Shown: positions 1 to 11,116, counted from the stretch's first letter. The stretch is 64,000 bases of DNA from an uncultured Gemmatimonadales bacterium (GCA_963771275.1 CAVYSW010000003.1:224001-288000), one strand, 5' to 3'. The notes: a model not told the origin generated them from the sequence alone. A program made the numbers and translations.

Positions 1-984
1 CTCGCTGGCGGGCAGGAGTCCCATCGCGTCGCGGACGGCCCGCATCGTCTCGCTGGCGATGGCATGCGCGCGCGCCGCCCCCGTGCGGAGCGCCTCCCGC
101 ACGCGCTCCGGCTCCCGCGTGAGGGCCGCGGCCCGCTCGCGCGTCTCCGCGAAATGCGCCGCGAGGTTGTCGGCCAGCACGCGCTTGCAGTCGAGGCAGC
201 CCCACCCAGCGGCCCGGCACTTCGCCGCCACCTCGGTCACCGTCCCGGGCGGCGAGAAGTACTGGTGCAGCGTGTAGAGATTGCACCGCTCGGGATCGCC
301 CGGATCCTTCCGGGTGACGCGTGCCGGATCGGTCTTGGCAGGGCGCAGCAACTCCCAGATCCGCTCGGGCGGATCGAGGATGCCGATCGTGTTCCCCAGG
401 CTCTTCGACATCTTGGCCTCGCCGTCGAGCCCCACGATGCGCTTGGCGTGGCTCAGCGTCGCCTGCGGCTCCGGGAAGAACCCGGGGCCGAACCGCGCGT
501 TCCACTTGCGTGCGATTTCGCGCATCAGCTCGAGGTGCTGCACCTGATCCTCGCCCACGGGAACGATCTCCGCCCGGTAGAGCAGGACATCGGCCGCCTG
601 GAGCACGGGGTAGTTGAGCAGCCCGGCAAGCACGCTTTCTTGGCGCTGCGCCTTGTCCTTAAATTGCGTCATGCGCTCGAGCTCCCCAAGCGGGGTCACG
701 GTCGTGAGGACCCACGACAGTTCCGTGTGCTCGGGCACGTGCGACTGCACGAAGAGGATGCAGCGCTGAGGGTCGAGCCCCGAAGCGAGCAGGCTGACGG
801 CCATCTCGAAGGTGCGGGTCTCCAGCCGGGCGGGATCGAAGTCCTGCGTGATGGCGTGGTAGTCCACGATGCAGAAGATGCACTCGTGCCGGGCCTGGAG
901 CGCCACCCAGTTGGCGATCGCACCAAGGTAGTTGCCGATGTGCAGCTCGCCGGACGGCTGGATGCCGGAAAAGACGCGCGCCAT
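1..984 (-). CDS. trpS: Tryptophan--tRNA ligase (3' end runs off window)
   Basis: Not in ORF track. Manual translation from ATG 984 gives MARVFSGIQPSGELHIGNYLGA (HIGH-type motif) and EAKMSKSLGN; frame still open at position 1. Confidence 0.95.
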   Translation of the reverse strand, partial: MARVFSGIQPSGELHIGNYLGAIANWVALQARHECIFCIVDYHAITQDFDPARLETRTFEMAVSLLASGLDPQRCILFVQSHVPEHTELSWVLTTVTPLGELERMTQFKDKAQRQESVLAGLLNYPVLQAADVLLYRAEIVPVGEDQVQHLELMREIARKWNARFGPGFFPEPQATLSHAKRIVGLDGEAKMSKSLGNTIGILDPPERIWELLRPAKTDPARVTRKDPGDPERCNLYTLHQYFSPPGTVTEVAAKCRAAGWGCLDCKRVLADNLAAHFAETRERAAALTREPERVREALRTGAARAHAIASETMRAVRDAMGLLPASE

Positions 985-1020
985 GGTCACAAGCTACGGA
1001 GGGTGGTAAAGGGGGGCAAG

Positions 1021-1848
1021 ATGGCCCAGCATCGTGACTTACTCGCTGTCGCCACGCGCGCCGCGGAACGGGCGGCGGACCTGATCCGTGGGGCCAGGCC
1101 ACCCGATCCCGCCGCGTGGGACCGCAAGGCACCGAGCGACTTCGTCACCGAGGTCGACCGCGCGTCGGAGCGCCTCATCGGCCACATCCTGACCGATGCG
1201 TTCCCGCATTGCGTGGTGCTGGGCGAGGAGCTGACCCCCGACGCGCCGCAGCTCGCCGGGATCGTGTGGATCGTGGATCCGCTCGACGGCACCACGAACT
1301 TCCTCCACGGGTATCCCGCCTGCGCGGTGTCCATCGCCGCCGTGGTCGATGGAGAGCCCGTCGCCGCCGCCGTGGCGGACGTGGGCCGCGCGGTGCTCTA
1401 CACGGCGACCGCCGGCGGAGGCGCGTGGTGCGGCGAGCGGCGGCTCCAGGTCTCCGCCGTCGCGGACCCGGCGTACGCGCTGATCGGCACTGGCTTCCCG
1501 TTCAAGCATCCGGCGAGCGAGCGGCTCGACGAGTACCTCGAGCAGTTCCGGCGCATCCTGCCGCGATCGAGCGGCATCCGGCGCGCGGGGTCGGCCGCGC
1601 TCGACCTCGCCCACGTGGCGGAGGGCCGCCTCGACGGCTTCTGGGAGCTCTGGCTCGCTCCCTGGGATGTCGCGGCGGGGGTGCTGCTGGTGCGGGAGGC
1701 GGGCGGCGTGATCACGGATCTGGCGGGCGATCCGGCGCGCGTGGCGCCGGGCGCGTTCGTGGCGGGGAACCCCGCCGTCCACCGGTGGCTGCTCGCTCAG
1801 CTCATCCCCGAACCGCCCGACCAACCCGTTATCGGCCCGCGTGCGTGA
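1021..1848 (+). CDS. suhB: Inositol monophosphatase family protein
   Basis: DFVTEVD, GEE, WIVDPLDGTTNF, RRAGSAALDLA and WDVAAG motifs; start set to ATG 1021. Confidence 0.9.
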   Translation: MAQHRDLLAVATRAAERAADLIRGARPPDPAAWDRKAPSDFVTEVDRASERLIGHILTDAFPHCVVLGEELTPDAPQLAGIVWIVDPLDGTTNFLHGYPACAVSIAAVVDGEPVAAAVADVGRAVLYTATAGGGAWCGERRLQVSAVADPAYALIGTGFPFKHPASERLDEYLEQFRRILPRSSGIRRAGSAALDLAHVAEGRLDGFWELWLAPWDVAAGVLLVREAGGVITDLAGDPARVAPGAFVAGNPAVHRWLLAQLIPEPPDQPVIGPRA

Positions 1849-2575
1849 GCGAGGCGAGCCGCGAACTCAGGTCGGGGTCCTCGACCTCGGAGAGACCCGG
1901 CCGGATCGCCTCGAGCAACGCGTTCAACCCGGGGGTCGCAAACGAATACCCTTGGCGCAAAACTCCCGTAGGGGGTACGCCGCACCGCCGGCGCACCCGC
2001 ATGTGCTCGAGGCGGCGGTCGAGGATGGCGTTGGGAAAGCGCGCCTCGACGTCAGCCGCGAACGCGTTCACGTTCGTGCCGAAGCTGGCCGTCTGCCGGG
2101 GTCCCATGCCGCCGAAGCCGGTCACGCCCTGGAGGACCGTCCACCGTGTGGGCGGACCCGTCGTGGTCGGGTACAGATCGAGAAACGACGCCGGTTGCGG
2201 CCCCTTGGCATCGGCGAGCCGGGGGCTGAACAGGACGGCCACCATCGGCGTATCGTACGATAGCGTGCGCTCGCCGGCGTCATCCCGCAGCCACAGGCCC
2301 TCCGCGCCGAATTCGAAAGCGGCAATCGGGCGGTGCGCGGGAATCCCGGCGAGGGCCGCGCCCGGCACGGCAACCACACTTACGTGGGCCCCCCGCAGCA
2401 GCTCCGCCGCCTTGCGTGCCGCAGCAGGATCGGCGGCGAGCCAGATCTCCGGGACCGGGTAGTTGACCTTGAGCCGCACGTCCACCGGGGCGATGCCCAG
2501 GACGAGCGCCGCCGACTGCACATCCACCTCGCCCCGGTGCGGCGGATTGGCGATGACGAGGCCCAGGCCACCCAT
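1829..2575 (-). CDS. Hypothetical protein (~248 aa)
   Basis: C-terminal part of ORF 1829..3250 has protein-like composition and fills the gap between map and suhB; start uncertain. Confidence 0.6.
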   Translation of the reverse strand: MGGLGLVIANPPHRGEVDVQSAALVLGIAPVDVRLKVNYPVPEIWLAADPAAARKAAELLRGAHVSVVAVPGAALAGIPAHRPIAAFEFGAEGLWLRDDAGERTLSYDTPMVAVLFSPRLADAKGPQPASFLDLYPTTTGPPTRWTVLQGVTGFGGMGPRQTASFGTNVNAFAADVEARFPNAILDRRLEHMRVRRRCGVPPTGVLRQGYSFATPGLNALLEAIRPGLSEVEDPDLSSRLASLTHAGR

Positions 2576-2682
2576 GCCGCCCAATGTAGGGCGGCGGTGC
2601 GACGGCTGTCCATCCCGTAACGCAGCGCGGGGGCTCATCGCCCCCGCGCCCCGACCCGCGGCACCGTCCCGCTGCGTCGGCG

Positions 2683-3453
2683 CTAGGCCCGCACGCCCGC
2701 CGGGAGCTGCGTGAGGATCCGGTGGCCCCCCTCTTCGATCACCACCGTGTGCTCGAAATGCGCGGACAGCGACCCGTCCCGCGTCACCACCGTCCACTTG
2801 TCCTCGAGGGTGCGGATCTCCGGGCGCCCGCGGTTCACCATCGGCTCGATGGCGATCGTCATGCCGCGCGTGAGGCGGACGCCGCGCTTGGGTTTGCCGT
2901 AGTTCGGGATCTGCGGCTCTTCGTGGAAGCTCGTACCGATGCCGTGGCCCACCAGCTCGCGGACGACGCTGCAGCCCGCCGCCTCGGCCACCCGCTGCAC
3001 CGCGTGGCCGATGTCGCCCACGTGATTGCCCGCCTTGGCCTCCGCCAGCCCCGCCTCCAGCGCCGCCTGCGTGACGTGGAGCAGCTCGCGGGTCGCGTCC
3101 GCCACGGATCCCACCGGCACCGTGATGGCGCTGTCGGCGTGGAGTCCCTCGAGACACACACCGCAGTCCACGCTCACGATGTCCCCGTCGCGCAGGACTC
3201 GCTTGGCCGACGGGATGCCGTGCACGATCTCCTGGTTGATCGAGGTGCACAGCGACTTGGGAAAGTCGTACAGGCCCTTGAACGACGGCAGGGCGCCGGG
3301 GTGGCTGCGGATGAAGTCTTCGGCGAGATCGTCGAGCTGCAGGGTCGAGACGCCCGGCTTGGCGTGCGTGGCCACGAGATGGAGCGTCTCGGCCACGATC
3401 GCGCCCGCCGCCGCCATGATCTCGACCTCGCGCGGCGACTTGATGGTGATCAT
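2683..3453 (-). CDS. map: Methionine aminopeptidase type I
   Basis: CTSINQEIVHGIP, GHGIG..HEEP, AIEPM and SAHFEHT motifs; follows adk. Confidence 0.96.
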   Translation of the reverse strand: MITIKSPREVEIMAAAGAIVAETLHLVATHAKPGVSTLQLDDLAEDFIRSHPGALPSFKGLYDFPKSLCTSINQEIVHGIPSAKRVLRDGDIVSVDCGVCLEGLHADSAITVPVGSVADATRELLHVTQAALEAGLAEAKAGNHVGDIGHAVQRVAEAAGCSVVRELVGHGIGTSFHEEPQIPNYGKPKRGVRLTRGMTIAIEPMVNRGRPEIRTLEDKWTVVTRDGSLSAHFEHTVVIEEGGHRILTQLPAGVRA

Positions 3454-4013
3454 CGGCCGAGGCTTCCGACCATCCGCTGCGCGATCTCCTCGACGGTGCC
3501 GGTCCCGGGAATGGCCGTCATGACGCCCTGCGCCCGATAGTGCGCGATCAGCGGCTCCGTCTGCTCGCGGAACACGGCGAGCCGCTTGCGGATCGTCTCC
3601 GGCGTATCGTCGCTGCGCCCTTCCTGGGCCGCGCGCCCGAGCATGCGCCGCACCAGCTCCTCCTCGGGCACATCGATCAGCAGCACGCGGTCGACGCGGC
3701 GCCCACCCGCGGCAAGCAGCTTGTCGACGGCCGACGCCTGGGGAATGGTGCGCGGGAATCCATCCATGATCACGCCGCCGCGCGCCGCGGGCGACGTGAC
3801 GACCTCCTCGATCAGCCCCATGATGATCTCATCGGGCACGAGGAGGCCCTGCTCCATGTACCGCTGCGCCTTCCGCCCGAGCGGCGTCCCGTCGCGCACC
3901 GCCGCGCGCAGCAGGTCACCCGTGGCGATCTTGGGAATGCCAAGCCGGGTCGAGAGCAGGGCCCCCTGCGTGCCCTTTCCCGAGCCCGGCGCGCCGAGCA
4001 GGATCAGATTCAC
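3450..4013 (-). CDS. adk: Adenylate kinase (short LID form)
   Basis: GAPGSGKGTQ, TGDLLR, MDGFPRT, GRSDD. Confidence 0.96.
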   Translation of the reverse strand: MNLILLGAPGSGKGTQGALLSTRLGIPKIATGDLLRAAVRDGTPLGRKAQRYMEQGLLVPDEIIMGLIEEVVTSPAARGGVIMDGFPRTIPQASAVDKLLAAGGRRVDRVLLIDVPEEELVRRMLGRAAQEGRSDDTPETIRKRLAVFREQTEPLIAHYRAQGVMTAIPGTGTVEEIAQRMVGSLGR

Positions 4014-4027
4014 GCCCCCCCCTATCC

Positions 4028-5341
4028 CTACATGTAGCGCCGGCGTCCGCGGAACTTGACGCGGCCCTGTTTCATGAAGTCGTCATAGTGGCGCAGGTGC
4101 AAGTGCTGCTGCATCTGGATCCACGTGTCGAGTCCCACCCCCACCACGATCAGGATCGCCGTCCCGCCGAAGAAGAACGGCACGTTGAACCAGTCGAAGA
4201 TGAAGAACGGGAGCAGCGCGATGAGCGTGAGGAACAGGGCGCCCGGCAGGGTCACGCGACTCAGGACGTCGTCGATGTAGTCGGCCGTCGCCGCGCCGGG
4301 CTTCACGCCCGGGATGAACCCGCCCTGCTTCTTCAGATTCTCCGCCAGGTCCACGGGGTTGAAGATGATGGACGTGTAGAAGTAGGTGAAGAAGACGATC
4401 AGGACGCCGTACGTCGTGTAGTACGCCGCGGTCTGCGGGGCGAAGACGTCGGAGAATGCCTTGAGCCACGGGACGGTCGTGAACGCCGCCAGCGTGCCCG
4501 GCACGATGATCAGCGATTGGGCGAAGATGATCGGCATCACGCCGGCCGAGTTGATCCGGATCGGGATGAACGTCTTCTGGCCTTCCCGGATCCGGCCGCG
4601 CCCCATCACCTTGCGCGGGATCTGGATCGGGATGCGCCGGGCCGCCACCGTCATCGCGATCACGGCCGCCACGACGGCCACCATCACGGCCCCGAGGATG
4701 ATCAGGCGCAGCGGCGTGATGATGCCGGTCTTGAGGAAGCTGATCGTCTGGGCGGTGCCCGGGACCATGCCGTCCATGATCGAGAAGAAGATCATGAGGC
4801 TCATCCCGTTCCCGATCCCCCGCTCCGTGATCTGCTCGCCGAGCCACATGATGAACACGGCGCCCGTGGTGAGCGTGAGGACCGTCAGAACGCGGAAGCC
4901 CCACAGCGACTGCATCGACACCGCCTGGAGCGACTCCGTGAAGATCGAGAACCCGTAGGCCTGACCGGCCGCCAGCACCACGGTCACGTAGCGGGTCCAC
5001 TGCGTGATCTTCTTCCGCCCGTCCTCTTCCTTCTGGAGCTTGTCCACCGTGGGGAACACCGCTCCGGCCAGCTGGAAGATGATCGACGCGGAGATGTACG
5101 GCATGATGCCCAGCGCCAGGACCGTCGCGCGGCGCAGGCCGCCGCCCACGAACAGATCGTAGACGCCGAACAGCGTGCCGCCCGCCTGATTCCGGATGAA
5201 GTCCGCGAGCACCTGGACATTCACGCCGGGGGTCGCGATGTGCGCGCCCGCCCGGTAGATGCCGAGGCACAACAGCGTGAAGAGGATCTTGTCCTTGAGC
5301 TCCGGGTCGCGGAAGAAGTTGGGGATGCGGGGTCCCGTCAT
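4028..5341 (-). CDS. secY: Preprotein translocase subunit SecY
   Basis: LGIMPYISASII, WLGEQITERGIGNG, GVMPIIFA, GGFIPGVKPG. Confidence 0.97.
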   Translation of the reverse strand: MTGPRIPNFFRDPELKDKILFTLLCLGIYRAGAHIATPGVNVQVLADFIRNQAGGTLFGVYDLFVGGGLRRATVLALGIMPYISASIIFQLAGAVFPTVDKLQKEEDGRKKITQWTRYVTVVLAAGQAYGFSIFTESLQAVSMQSLWGFRVLTVLTLTTGAVFIMWLGEQITERGIGNGMSLMIFFSIMDGMVPGTAQTISFLKTGIITPLRLIILGAVMVAVVAAVIAMTVAARRIPIQIPRKVMGRGRIREGQKTFIPIRINSAGVMPIIFAQSLIIVPGTLAAFTTVPWLKAFSDVFAPQTAAYYTTYGVLIVFFTYFYTSIIFNPVDLAENLKKQGGFIPGVKPGAATADYIDDVLSRVTLPGALFLTLIALLPFFIFDWFNVPFFFGGTAILIVVGVGLDTWIQMQQHLHLRHYDDFMKQGRVKFRGRRRYM

Positions 5342-5345
5342 CGGT

Positions 5346-5810
5346 TCATGCCTCGATCCGGCCGCCTGCCTGTTCGATCTTGGCGCGCGCGCTCTCGGAG
5401 CACGCGCAGCCCGTCACCGCGTACGCCCGCTCCACCGCCCCCATGCCGAGCAGCTTGACCGGGTGATCGCCGTGGTTCACGATCCCCGCCGCCACGAGCG
5501 TGGCAGGGGAGACGTCGGTCCCCGGCAGCCGCGCGAGGTCCCGCAGGTTCACCACCTGCGCCGCCGTGCGCGCCGGGTTGTGGAACCCGCGCTTGGGCAG
5601 GCGCCGGATGATCGGCATCTGCCCGCCCTCGAAGCCCGGGCGGACGTTGCCGCTCTTGCGCGCGCGCTGTCCCTTGTGCCCGCGGCCCGCCGTCTTGCCC
5701 AACCCGGAGCCCGGGCCGCGGCCCTTGCGCTTCGGCACCGTGGTCGCACCCCGCGGCTTCGGCAGGTTGTGCAGTCCGAGCACTCCCGGCCCCTGCGTCT
5801 CGTCCATCAC
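5346..5810 (-). CDS. rplO: 50S ribosomal protein L15
   Basis: GRGPGSGLGKTAGRGHKGQ and GFEGGQMP. Confidence 0.96.
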   Translation of the reverse strand: MMDETQGPGVLGLHNLPKPRGATTVPKRKGRGPGSGLGKTAGRGHKGQRARKSGNVRPGFEGGQMPIIRRLPKRGFHNPARTAAQVVNLRDLARLPGTDVSPATLVAAGIVNHGDHPVKLLGMGAVERAYAVTGCACSESARAKIEQAGGRIEA

Positions 5811-6034
5811 GCCTCCTCACGCGTCACGCGCACGAGGTGACGCACCTTGTTCAGCATGCCCCGCACCGTCGGCGTGTCGCCCACCACGATCTCGTGCTGG
5901 TGGTGCCGGAGCCCCAGGGCGCGGAGCGTGCGCCGGTACGTCTCGGCGTGCCCGATCCCGGAGCGCACCTGCTTCACCCGCAGGGGCGCCGCCCCAGTGT
6001 CCCGCTGCCGCTTGCGCTTGGCCGCGTCAGGCAC
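5807..6034 (-). CDS. rpmD: 50S ribosomal protein L30
   Basis: VKQVRSGIG...TLRALGLR...[11 protein letters not shown]; synteny. Confidence 0.93.
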   Translation of the reverse strand: MPDAAKRKRQRDTGAAPLRVKQVRSGIGHAETYRRTLRALGLRHHQHEIVVGDTPTVRGMLNKVRHLVRVTREEA

Positions 6035-6611
6035 GGGCCACCTCCTGCCGTCCCCTGAACGGGATCGCCTCGACCGGCAGGTCGCGCTCGCGCGCCACCT
6101 GCTCGACGGTCACGAGGTGCTGCAGACCATCCACCGTCGCCCACACCATGTTGTGCGGGTTGGTGGATCCGAGCGACTTGGTCAGAATGTCGGTGACGCC
6201 CGCGCAGTCGAGCACCGCGCGCACCGCCCCCCCGGCGATGACGCCCGTCCCCGACGTGGCCGGCTTGAGCAGCACCCGGCCGGCCCCGTGTGCCCCGAGC
6301 ACTTCGTGCGGAATCGTCGAGCCGACGCGCGGCACCTTGAGCATCGCCTTGCGTGCGGCATCGACCGCCTTGCGCACGGCGTCCGAAACCTCGTTGGCCT
6401 TGCCCGTACCGACCCCGACCATCCCGTTGCGGTCGCCGACGGCCACCAGGGCGGTGAACGAGAACCGGCGTCCGCCCTTCACCACCTTCGCCACCCGGTT
6501 GATCGCGATCACGTTCTCGAGGAGGTCCGAGTCTCGCTCCCGGTCCCGATCCCGATCGCGGCGGTCACGCCGCGGAGGCCGCTGCTCGCGCTGCTGCTTG
6601 TCGCCAGCCAT
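6027..6611 (-). CDS. rpsE: 30S ribosomal protein S5
   Basis: [24 protein letters not shown] and GTGVIAGG. Confidence 0.97.
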   Translation of the reverse strand: MAGDKQQREQRPPRRDRRDRDRDRERDSDLLENVIAINRVAKVVKGGRRFSFTALVAVGDRNGMVGVGTGKANEVSDAVRKAVDAARKAMLKVPRVGSTIPHEVLGAHGAGRVLLKPATSGTGVIAGGAVRAVLDCAGVTDILTKSLGSTNPHNMVWATVDGLQHLVTVEQVARERDLPVEAIPFRGRQEVARA

Positions 6612-6614
6612 GTC

Positions 6615-6986
6615 CTAGAGCTCCAGTCCGCCGTGCCGCGCGCCTTCGGCCACCGCCTTGACGCGCCCGTGATACGGATACCCGCCGCGATCGAAGACGA
6701 CCGCGGTGATGCCGCGCTCGCGGGCACGTGCCGCCAGCAGCTTGCCGACGGCGAGTCCGACCGCGACCTTGCCCGTCCCGCCCACCTCGACGCCCGCCGT
6801 GCGGTCGCTGACGCCGAGCAGCGTCTGCCCCCGGTCGTCGTCCACCAGCTGCGCGTACACGTGCTTCAGGGACCGGAACACCACCATCCGGGGGCGCTCC
6901 GCCGTCCCGCTCACTTTCTTGCGCAGGCGCAGGTGCCGGCGCGCGCGCCGCTCCCGCCGCGTCTTGGGCTTGCGAATCGGCCGCAT
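6615..6986 (-). CDS. rplR: 50S ribosomal protein L18
   Basis: RPRMVVFRSLKHVYAQ and VVFDRGGYPYHGRV. Confidence 0.96.
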   Translation of the reverse strand: MRPIRKPKTRRERRARRHLRLRKKVSGTAERPRMVVFRSLKHVYAQLVDDDRGQTLLGVSDRTAGVEVGGTGKVAVGLAVGKLLAARARERGITAVVFDRGGYPYHGRVKAVAEGARHGGLEL

Positions 6987-7526
6987 TTACTTCGCCCCCG
7001 TCTTCCCGGCCTTCCGCCGGACGTGCTCGCCCAGGTATCGGATGCCTTTGCCCTTGTACGGCTCGGGCGGCCGTACCTTGCGGATCTCGGCAGCCACCTG
7101 GCCGACCAGCTCCTTGTCGATGCCCGTGATCTTGATCTGCGTGTTGTTCTCGACCGCCAGGGCGATGCCCGCCGGCGCCGGGAACTCCACCGGGTGCGAC
7201 AGCCCGACGACCAGGCGCAGCCCCTTGGGGTTGGCCTCGGCCTTGTACCCCACGCCGTGCAGCTCGAGCTGGCGGAAGTAACCCTTGGTGACGCCCTCCA
7301 CCATGTTGTGCAGCAGCGCCCGCGTCAGGCCGTGCAGGGCGCGATGCTGGCGCGCGTCGCTCGGGCGCGCGACCGTGACGTGCCCGTCCTCGAGCGCGAT
7401 CCGCATCTCCGGGTGGCACGTCCGCGTCAGGGTCCCTTTGGGCCCTTGTACCGTCACCGTCTGCCCCGCGACACTCACCGTCACGCCCGCAGGGATGGGC
7501 AGCGGCTTCTTGCCGATCCGCGACAT
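6987..7526 (-). CDS. rplF: 50S ribosomal protein L6
   Basis: MSRIGKKP and [13 protein letters not shown]. Confidence 0.97.
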   Translation of the reverse strand: MSRIGKKPLPIPAGVTVSVAGQTVTVQGPKGTLTRTCHPEMRIALEDGHVTVARPSDARQHRALHGLTRALLHNMVEGVTKGYFRQLELHGVGYKAEANPKGLRLVVGLSHPVEFPAPAGIALAVENNTQIKITGIDKELVGQVAAEIRKVRPPEPYKGKGIRYLGEHVRRKAGKTGAK

Positions 7527-7536
7527 GGCTCCTCCT

Positions 7537-7932
7537 CTACCAGACCACGGCGAGCAGCTCGCCGCCCAGGCGGGCGCTGCGCGCCTCGCGGTCCGTCATC
7601 AGGCCGCGGGGGGTGGAGAGAATCGCCATCCCGAGGCCGTTCTTCACACGCGGGATCTGCCGCACGTTGACATACCGCCGCAGGCCGGGCGTGGAGACGC
7701 GTTGCAGCTCGCGGATCACCGGGGAGTCCCCGTGATACCGCAGATAGAGCCGCAGCAGGCCGTGCCGGCCGTCATCCAGGAGCTTGTAATCCTGGATGTA
7801 GTGGTTGTCGCGCAGCAGCCGCGCGATCTCGACCTTGAGTTTCGACACCGGCACATCGACCCGACGATGCCCCGCCATACAGGCGTTGCGAATGTGGGTC
7901 AGCATGTCGGCAACGGGATCAGTCATGCTCAT
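7537..7932 (-). CDS. rpsH: 30S ribosomal protein S8
   Basis: [33 protein letters not shown]. Confidence 0.96.
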   Translation of the reverse strand: MSMTDPVADMLTHIRNACMAGHRRVDVPVSKLKVEIARLLRDNHYIQDYKLLDDGRHGLLRLYLRYHGDSPVIRELQRVSTPGLRRYVNVRQIPRVKNGLGMAILSTPRGLMTDREARSARLGGELLAVVW

Positions 7933-7950
7933 AGCGTCGGACTCGATCCT

Positions 7951-8136
7951 TTACCAGCTGGCCTTGCGCACCCCCGGGATTTCCCCCCGGAGCGCCATTT
8001 CTCGGAAACAGATGCGGCACATCCCGAACTTCCGCAGATACGCCCGCGGCCGGCCGCACCGCTGACAGCGCCGATACTTGCGCACCGCGAACTTGGGGGT
8101 GCGCTTCGCCTTCACGACCAACGACTTCTTCGCCAT
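7951..8136 (-). CDS. rpsN: 30S ribosomal protein S14, type Z (zinc-binding)
   Basis: 61 aa; CQRC...[15 protein letters not shown]. Confidence 0.96.
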   Translation of the reverse strand: MAKKSLVVKAKRTPKFAVRKYRRCQRCGRPRAYLRKFGMCRICFREMALRGEIPGVRKASW

Positions 8137-8144
8137 GCCCGCTC

Positions 8145-8774
8145 CTAGCCGACGGTGACCGGCGTCTCGCCGCGGAATGGCATCCCCAGCTCCCGCAGGA
8201 GCGCCATCGCCACGTCGTCCCGACCTGCACTCGTCACGAACGTGATGTCCATGCCGTGGATCTTCTCGACCTTGTCGTAGTCGATTTCCGGGAAGATCAT
8301 CTGCTCCTTGACTCCCACCGAGTAGTTCCCGCGCCCGTCGAACGACCGGGTCGGCAGGCCGCGAAAGTCACGCACCCGCGGGATCGCGATGCCGATGAAC
8401 CGGTCGAGGAACTCGTACATCCGCACGCCGCGCAGCGTCACCGAGGCGCCGATCGCCATGCCCTGCCGGAGGTTGAAGTTCGCGATCGACTTCTTGGCGC
8501 GCGTCACGACGGCCCGCTGTCCCGTGATCCGGCCCAGCTCGTCCACGATCGCGTCGAGCAGCTTCGCGTTCTTCATGCCCTCGCCTTCGCCGACGTTCAG
8601 CACGATCTTCACGAGCCGCGGGATCTGGTGCGGGTTCGCAAAGCCGAACTGCTGCGCGAGCTTCGGCCGGACCGCCTGCAGGTAGTACACCTTGAGGCGG
8701 GGCGGCGGCACCGGGGCGGCCGGGGCGGCCGGGGCCGTCTGCGGCGCCGGGGCTTTCGTCTTGGTTTTCGCCAT
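8145..8774 (-). CDS. rplE: 50S ribosomal protein L5
   Basis: [27 protein letters not shown]; Pro/Ala-rich N-terminal extension. Confidence 0.97.
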   Translation of the reverse strand: MAKTKTKAPAPQTAPAAPAAPVPPPRLKVYYLQAVRPKLAQQFGFANPHQIPRLVKIVLNVGEGEGMKNAKLLDAIVDELGRITGQRAVVTRAKKSIANFNLRQGMAIGASVTLRGVRMYEFLDRFIGIAIPRVRDFRGLPTRSFDGRGNYSVGVKEQMIFPEIDYDKVEKIHGMDITFVTSAGRDDVAMALLRELGMPFRGETPVTVG

Positions 8775-8778
8775 ACCG

Positions 8779-9162
8779 TCAGCGCTTCCTCGGAATCGGC
8801 TGGCCCGACTGCGCGCTCAGGCGCTCGACCGAGCCGTCCTCGTTCCGCTTCCGTCGCACCCGCGTCGGTTCGGCCGACTTCGGGTCGAGCAGCATCACGT
8901 TCGAGGCGTGGATCGGCGCGGCGTGGGAGATGATGCCCCCCTCCTCGCCGGCCTGCGTCGCCTTGCGGTGGCGCTTCACGACGTTCACGCCCTCGATCAC
9001 CACACGGTTCGCCTTGGGAAGCACCCGGAGCACGACGCCCTCCTTGCCGGCGTCGTCACCGCGCACCACCCGCACCGTGTCGCCCTTGGTGATGTGCATC
9101 TTGTGTCGCACCACCGGCTTCTGGCGCACGCGCTTGGCCTTGTGGAACACCAGCGGCTTCAT
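8779..9162 (-). CDS. rplX: 50S ribosomal protein L24
   Basis: [17 protein letters not shown] (KOW) and APIHASNV. Confidence 0.95.
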   Translation of the reverse strand: MKPLVFHKAKRVRQKPVVRHKMHITKGDTVRVVRGDDAGKEGVVLRVLPKANRVVIEGVNVVKRHRKATQAGEEGGIISHAAPIHASNVMLLDPKSAEPTRVRRKRNEDGSVERLSAQSGQPIPRKR

Positions 9163-9530
9163 CAGATCACCTCCGGCGCGAGCGACACGATCTTCATGAA
9201 CTTCTTCTCGCGCAGCTCGCGCCCCACCGGGCCGAAGATGCGCGTCGCCCGCGGCTCGCCCTGGTCCGTGATCAGCACGGCGGCGTTCTCATCGAACCGG
9301 ATGTAGCTGCCGTCCCGACGGCGGGTCTCTTTCGCCGTCCGCACCACGACGGCCCTGGCCACCTCACCCTTCTTCACCTGGCCCGTGGGCAGCGCGTCCT
9401 TGATCGCCACCACCACTATGTCCCCCAGGCCGGCGTAGCGGCGTCGGCTGCCGCCCAGCACGCGGATCACGAGCGCGCGTCGCGCGCCCGAATTGTCCGC
9501 GATCTTGAGAATCGTCTCCTGCTGTACCAC
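9162..9530 (-). CDS. rplN: 50S ribosomal protein L14
   Basis: [30 protein letters not shown]. Confidence 0.97.
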   Translation of the reverse strand: MVQQETILKIADNSGARRALVIRVLGGSRRRYAGLGDIVVVAIKDALPTGQVKKGEVARAVVVRTAKETRRRDGSYIRFDENAAVLITDQGEPRATRIFGPVGRELREKKFMKIVSLAPEVI

Positions 9531-9545
9531 GCGATCCCCCCTGGC

Positions 9546-9812
9546 CTACTGGGCCCGCTGGACGATCTCGACGACCCGCCAGCGCTTCGTTTTCGACAGC
9601 GGTCGCGTCTCCATGATGCGTACCGTGTCGCCCGCCTTGGCACCGTGCACGTCGTGCGCCGCGACGCGCTTCGTGCGCGTCACCCGCTTGCCGTACAGGG
9701 GATCCGCGAACTGACGCGTGAGCCGCACGACTACCGTCTTCGCCATCTTGTCGCTCACCACCACGCCAGTCCGTGTCTTCCGGCGCGGGCGGGCGCTCGT
9801 TTGCTCGCTCAT
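9546..9812 (-). CDS. rpsQ: 30S ribosomal protein S17
   Basis: [14 protein letters not shown] and [11 protein letters not shown]. Confidence 0.96.
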   Translation of the reverse strand: MSEQTSARPRRKTRTGVVVSDKMAKTVVVRLTRQFADPLYGKRVTRTKRVAAHDVHGAKAGDTVRIMETRPLSKTKRWRVVEIVQRAQ

Positions 9813-10036
9813 CCTCGCGTCCTCTCGCGCAGCACCGTCTCGATGCGCGCGATGTTGCGGCGCATCGTCCGGAATCGCATCGGGTTCTCGCCCGAGATGT
9901 CCTCGGTCGCCGCCCGGAACCGCAGCCGGAAGCCCGCCTCCTTGAGCCGCACCAGCTCCGTGTGCAGCTCGTCCTCGGGCAACTCGCGCAGCGCCTCCAT
10001 GTCGAACGCCTTCCGATCCGTGTCCTTGAGCGCCAT
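9809..10036 (-). CDS. rpmC: 50S ribosomal protein L29
   Basis: LREL..EL..L....FRLRF...[13 protein letters not shown]; synteny. Confidence 0.93.
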   Translation of the reverse strand: MALKDTDRKAFDMEALRELPEDELHTELVRLKEAGFRLRFRAATEDISGENPMRFRTMRRNIARIETVLRERTRG

Positions 10037-10040
10037 GACC

Positions 10041-10454
10041 TTACGTCTCCTCCCGCCGAACGAAGCGCGTCGTCACGGGGAGCTTGGCCGCCGCCAGCGC
10101 GAGGGCTTCGCGCGCCACCTTCTCCTCGACGCCCTCGAGCTCGAACATCACGCGTCCGGGCTTCACCACCGCGACCCACCCCTCGGGGTTCCCCTTGCCC
10201 TTCCCCATCCGGGTCTCGGCCGGCTTCTTCGTGATCGGCTTGTCGGGAAACAGCCGAATCCACACCTTGCCGCCGCGCTTCATCGCGCGGGTGAGCGCCA
10301 CACGGGCCGCCTCGAGCTGACGATTCGAGATCCAGCCCGGCTCGAGCGTGATCAGCCCGAAGTGGCCAAAGGCCACAGTGTTGCCCCGCGTGGCCTGGCC
10401 ACGCGTGCGGCCCTTCATCTGCTTGCGGTACTTCACCCGCTTCGGCGCGAGCAT
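10041..10454 (-). CDS. rplP: 50S ribosomal protein L16
   Basis: [12 protein letters not shown] and [12 protein letters not shown]. Confidence 0.97.
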   Translation of the reverse strand: MLAPKRVKYRKQMKGRTRGQATRGNTVAFGHFGLITLEPGWISNRQLEAARVALTRAMKRGGKVWIRLFPDKPITKKPAETRMGKGKGNPEGWVAVVKPGRVMFELEGVEEKVAREALALAAAKLPVTTRFVRREET

Positions 10455-10456
10455 GG

Positions 10457-11116
10457 TCACGCCCCCGTGCTGTACGTGCGGCCGCGGGCGTCCTCAACCA
10501 CCTCGCCCTTGAAGATCCAGACCTTCACCCCGATCGTGCCGAAGGTCGTCTTCGCCGTGCTGGTCGAATAGTCCACGTCGGCGCGCAGGGTGTGGAGCGG
10601 CACCCGCCCCTCGTGATAGCCCTCGGTGCGCGCGATCTCCGCGCCGCCGAGCCGCCCCGAAGCGCGGACCTTGATCCCTTGCGCGCCCATCCGCATCGCG
10701 CTCTGGACCGCCCGCTTCATCGCTCGGCGGAACGACACCCGCTGCGTGAGCTGATGGGCCACGTTGTCCGCCACCAGCTGGGCGTCGAGCTCGGGCCGCT
10801 TGATCTCTTCGACGTTGATCCCGATCTCCTTGCCGGTCAGCTGGGCCAGCTCGTCGCGCAGCTTGTCCACCTCCGCCCCGCGCTTGCCGATCACCACCCC
10901 CGGCCGGCCCGTGAAGATCGTGACCGAGACCTTCCCCGGCCGGCGATCGATGTGCACGTCGGAGATCGCGGCGTGCCCCAGCCGCGTCTTCAGGTACTTG
11001 CGGATCAGCTCGTCTTCCCGGAGCAGCTCGGCGAACTCGCCGCGCGCGAACCAGCGGGACCTCCACGGCTTGACGATGCCGAGGCGGAAGCCGTACGGAT
11101 GCGTCTTCTGGCCCAC
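10457..11116 (-). CDS. rpsC: 30S ribosomal protein S3
   Basis: GTG 11116 gives [22 protein letters not shown] and [10 protein letters not shown]. Confidence 0.97.
   Translation of the reverse strand: MGQKTHPYGFRLGIVKPWRSRWFARGEFAELLREDELIRKYLKTRLGHAAISDVHIDRRPGKVSVTIFTGRPGVVIGKRGAEVDKLRDELAQLTGKEIGINVEEIKRPELDAQLVADNVAHQLTQRVSFRRAMKRAVQSAMRMGAQGIKVRASGRLGGAEIARTEGYHEGRVPLHTLRADVDYSTSTAKTTFGTIGVKVWIFKGEVVEDARGRTYSTGA

Noticed and set aside
64..1020. N-terminal extension of the 594-aa ORF containing suhB
   Set aside because: Antisense to trpS; the IMPase domain starts at ATG 1021.
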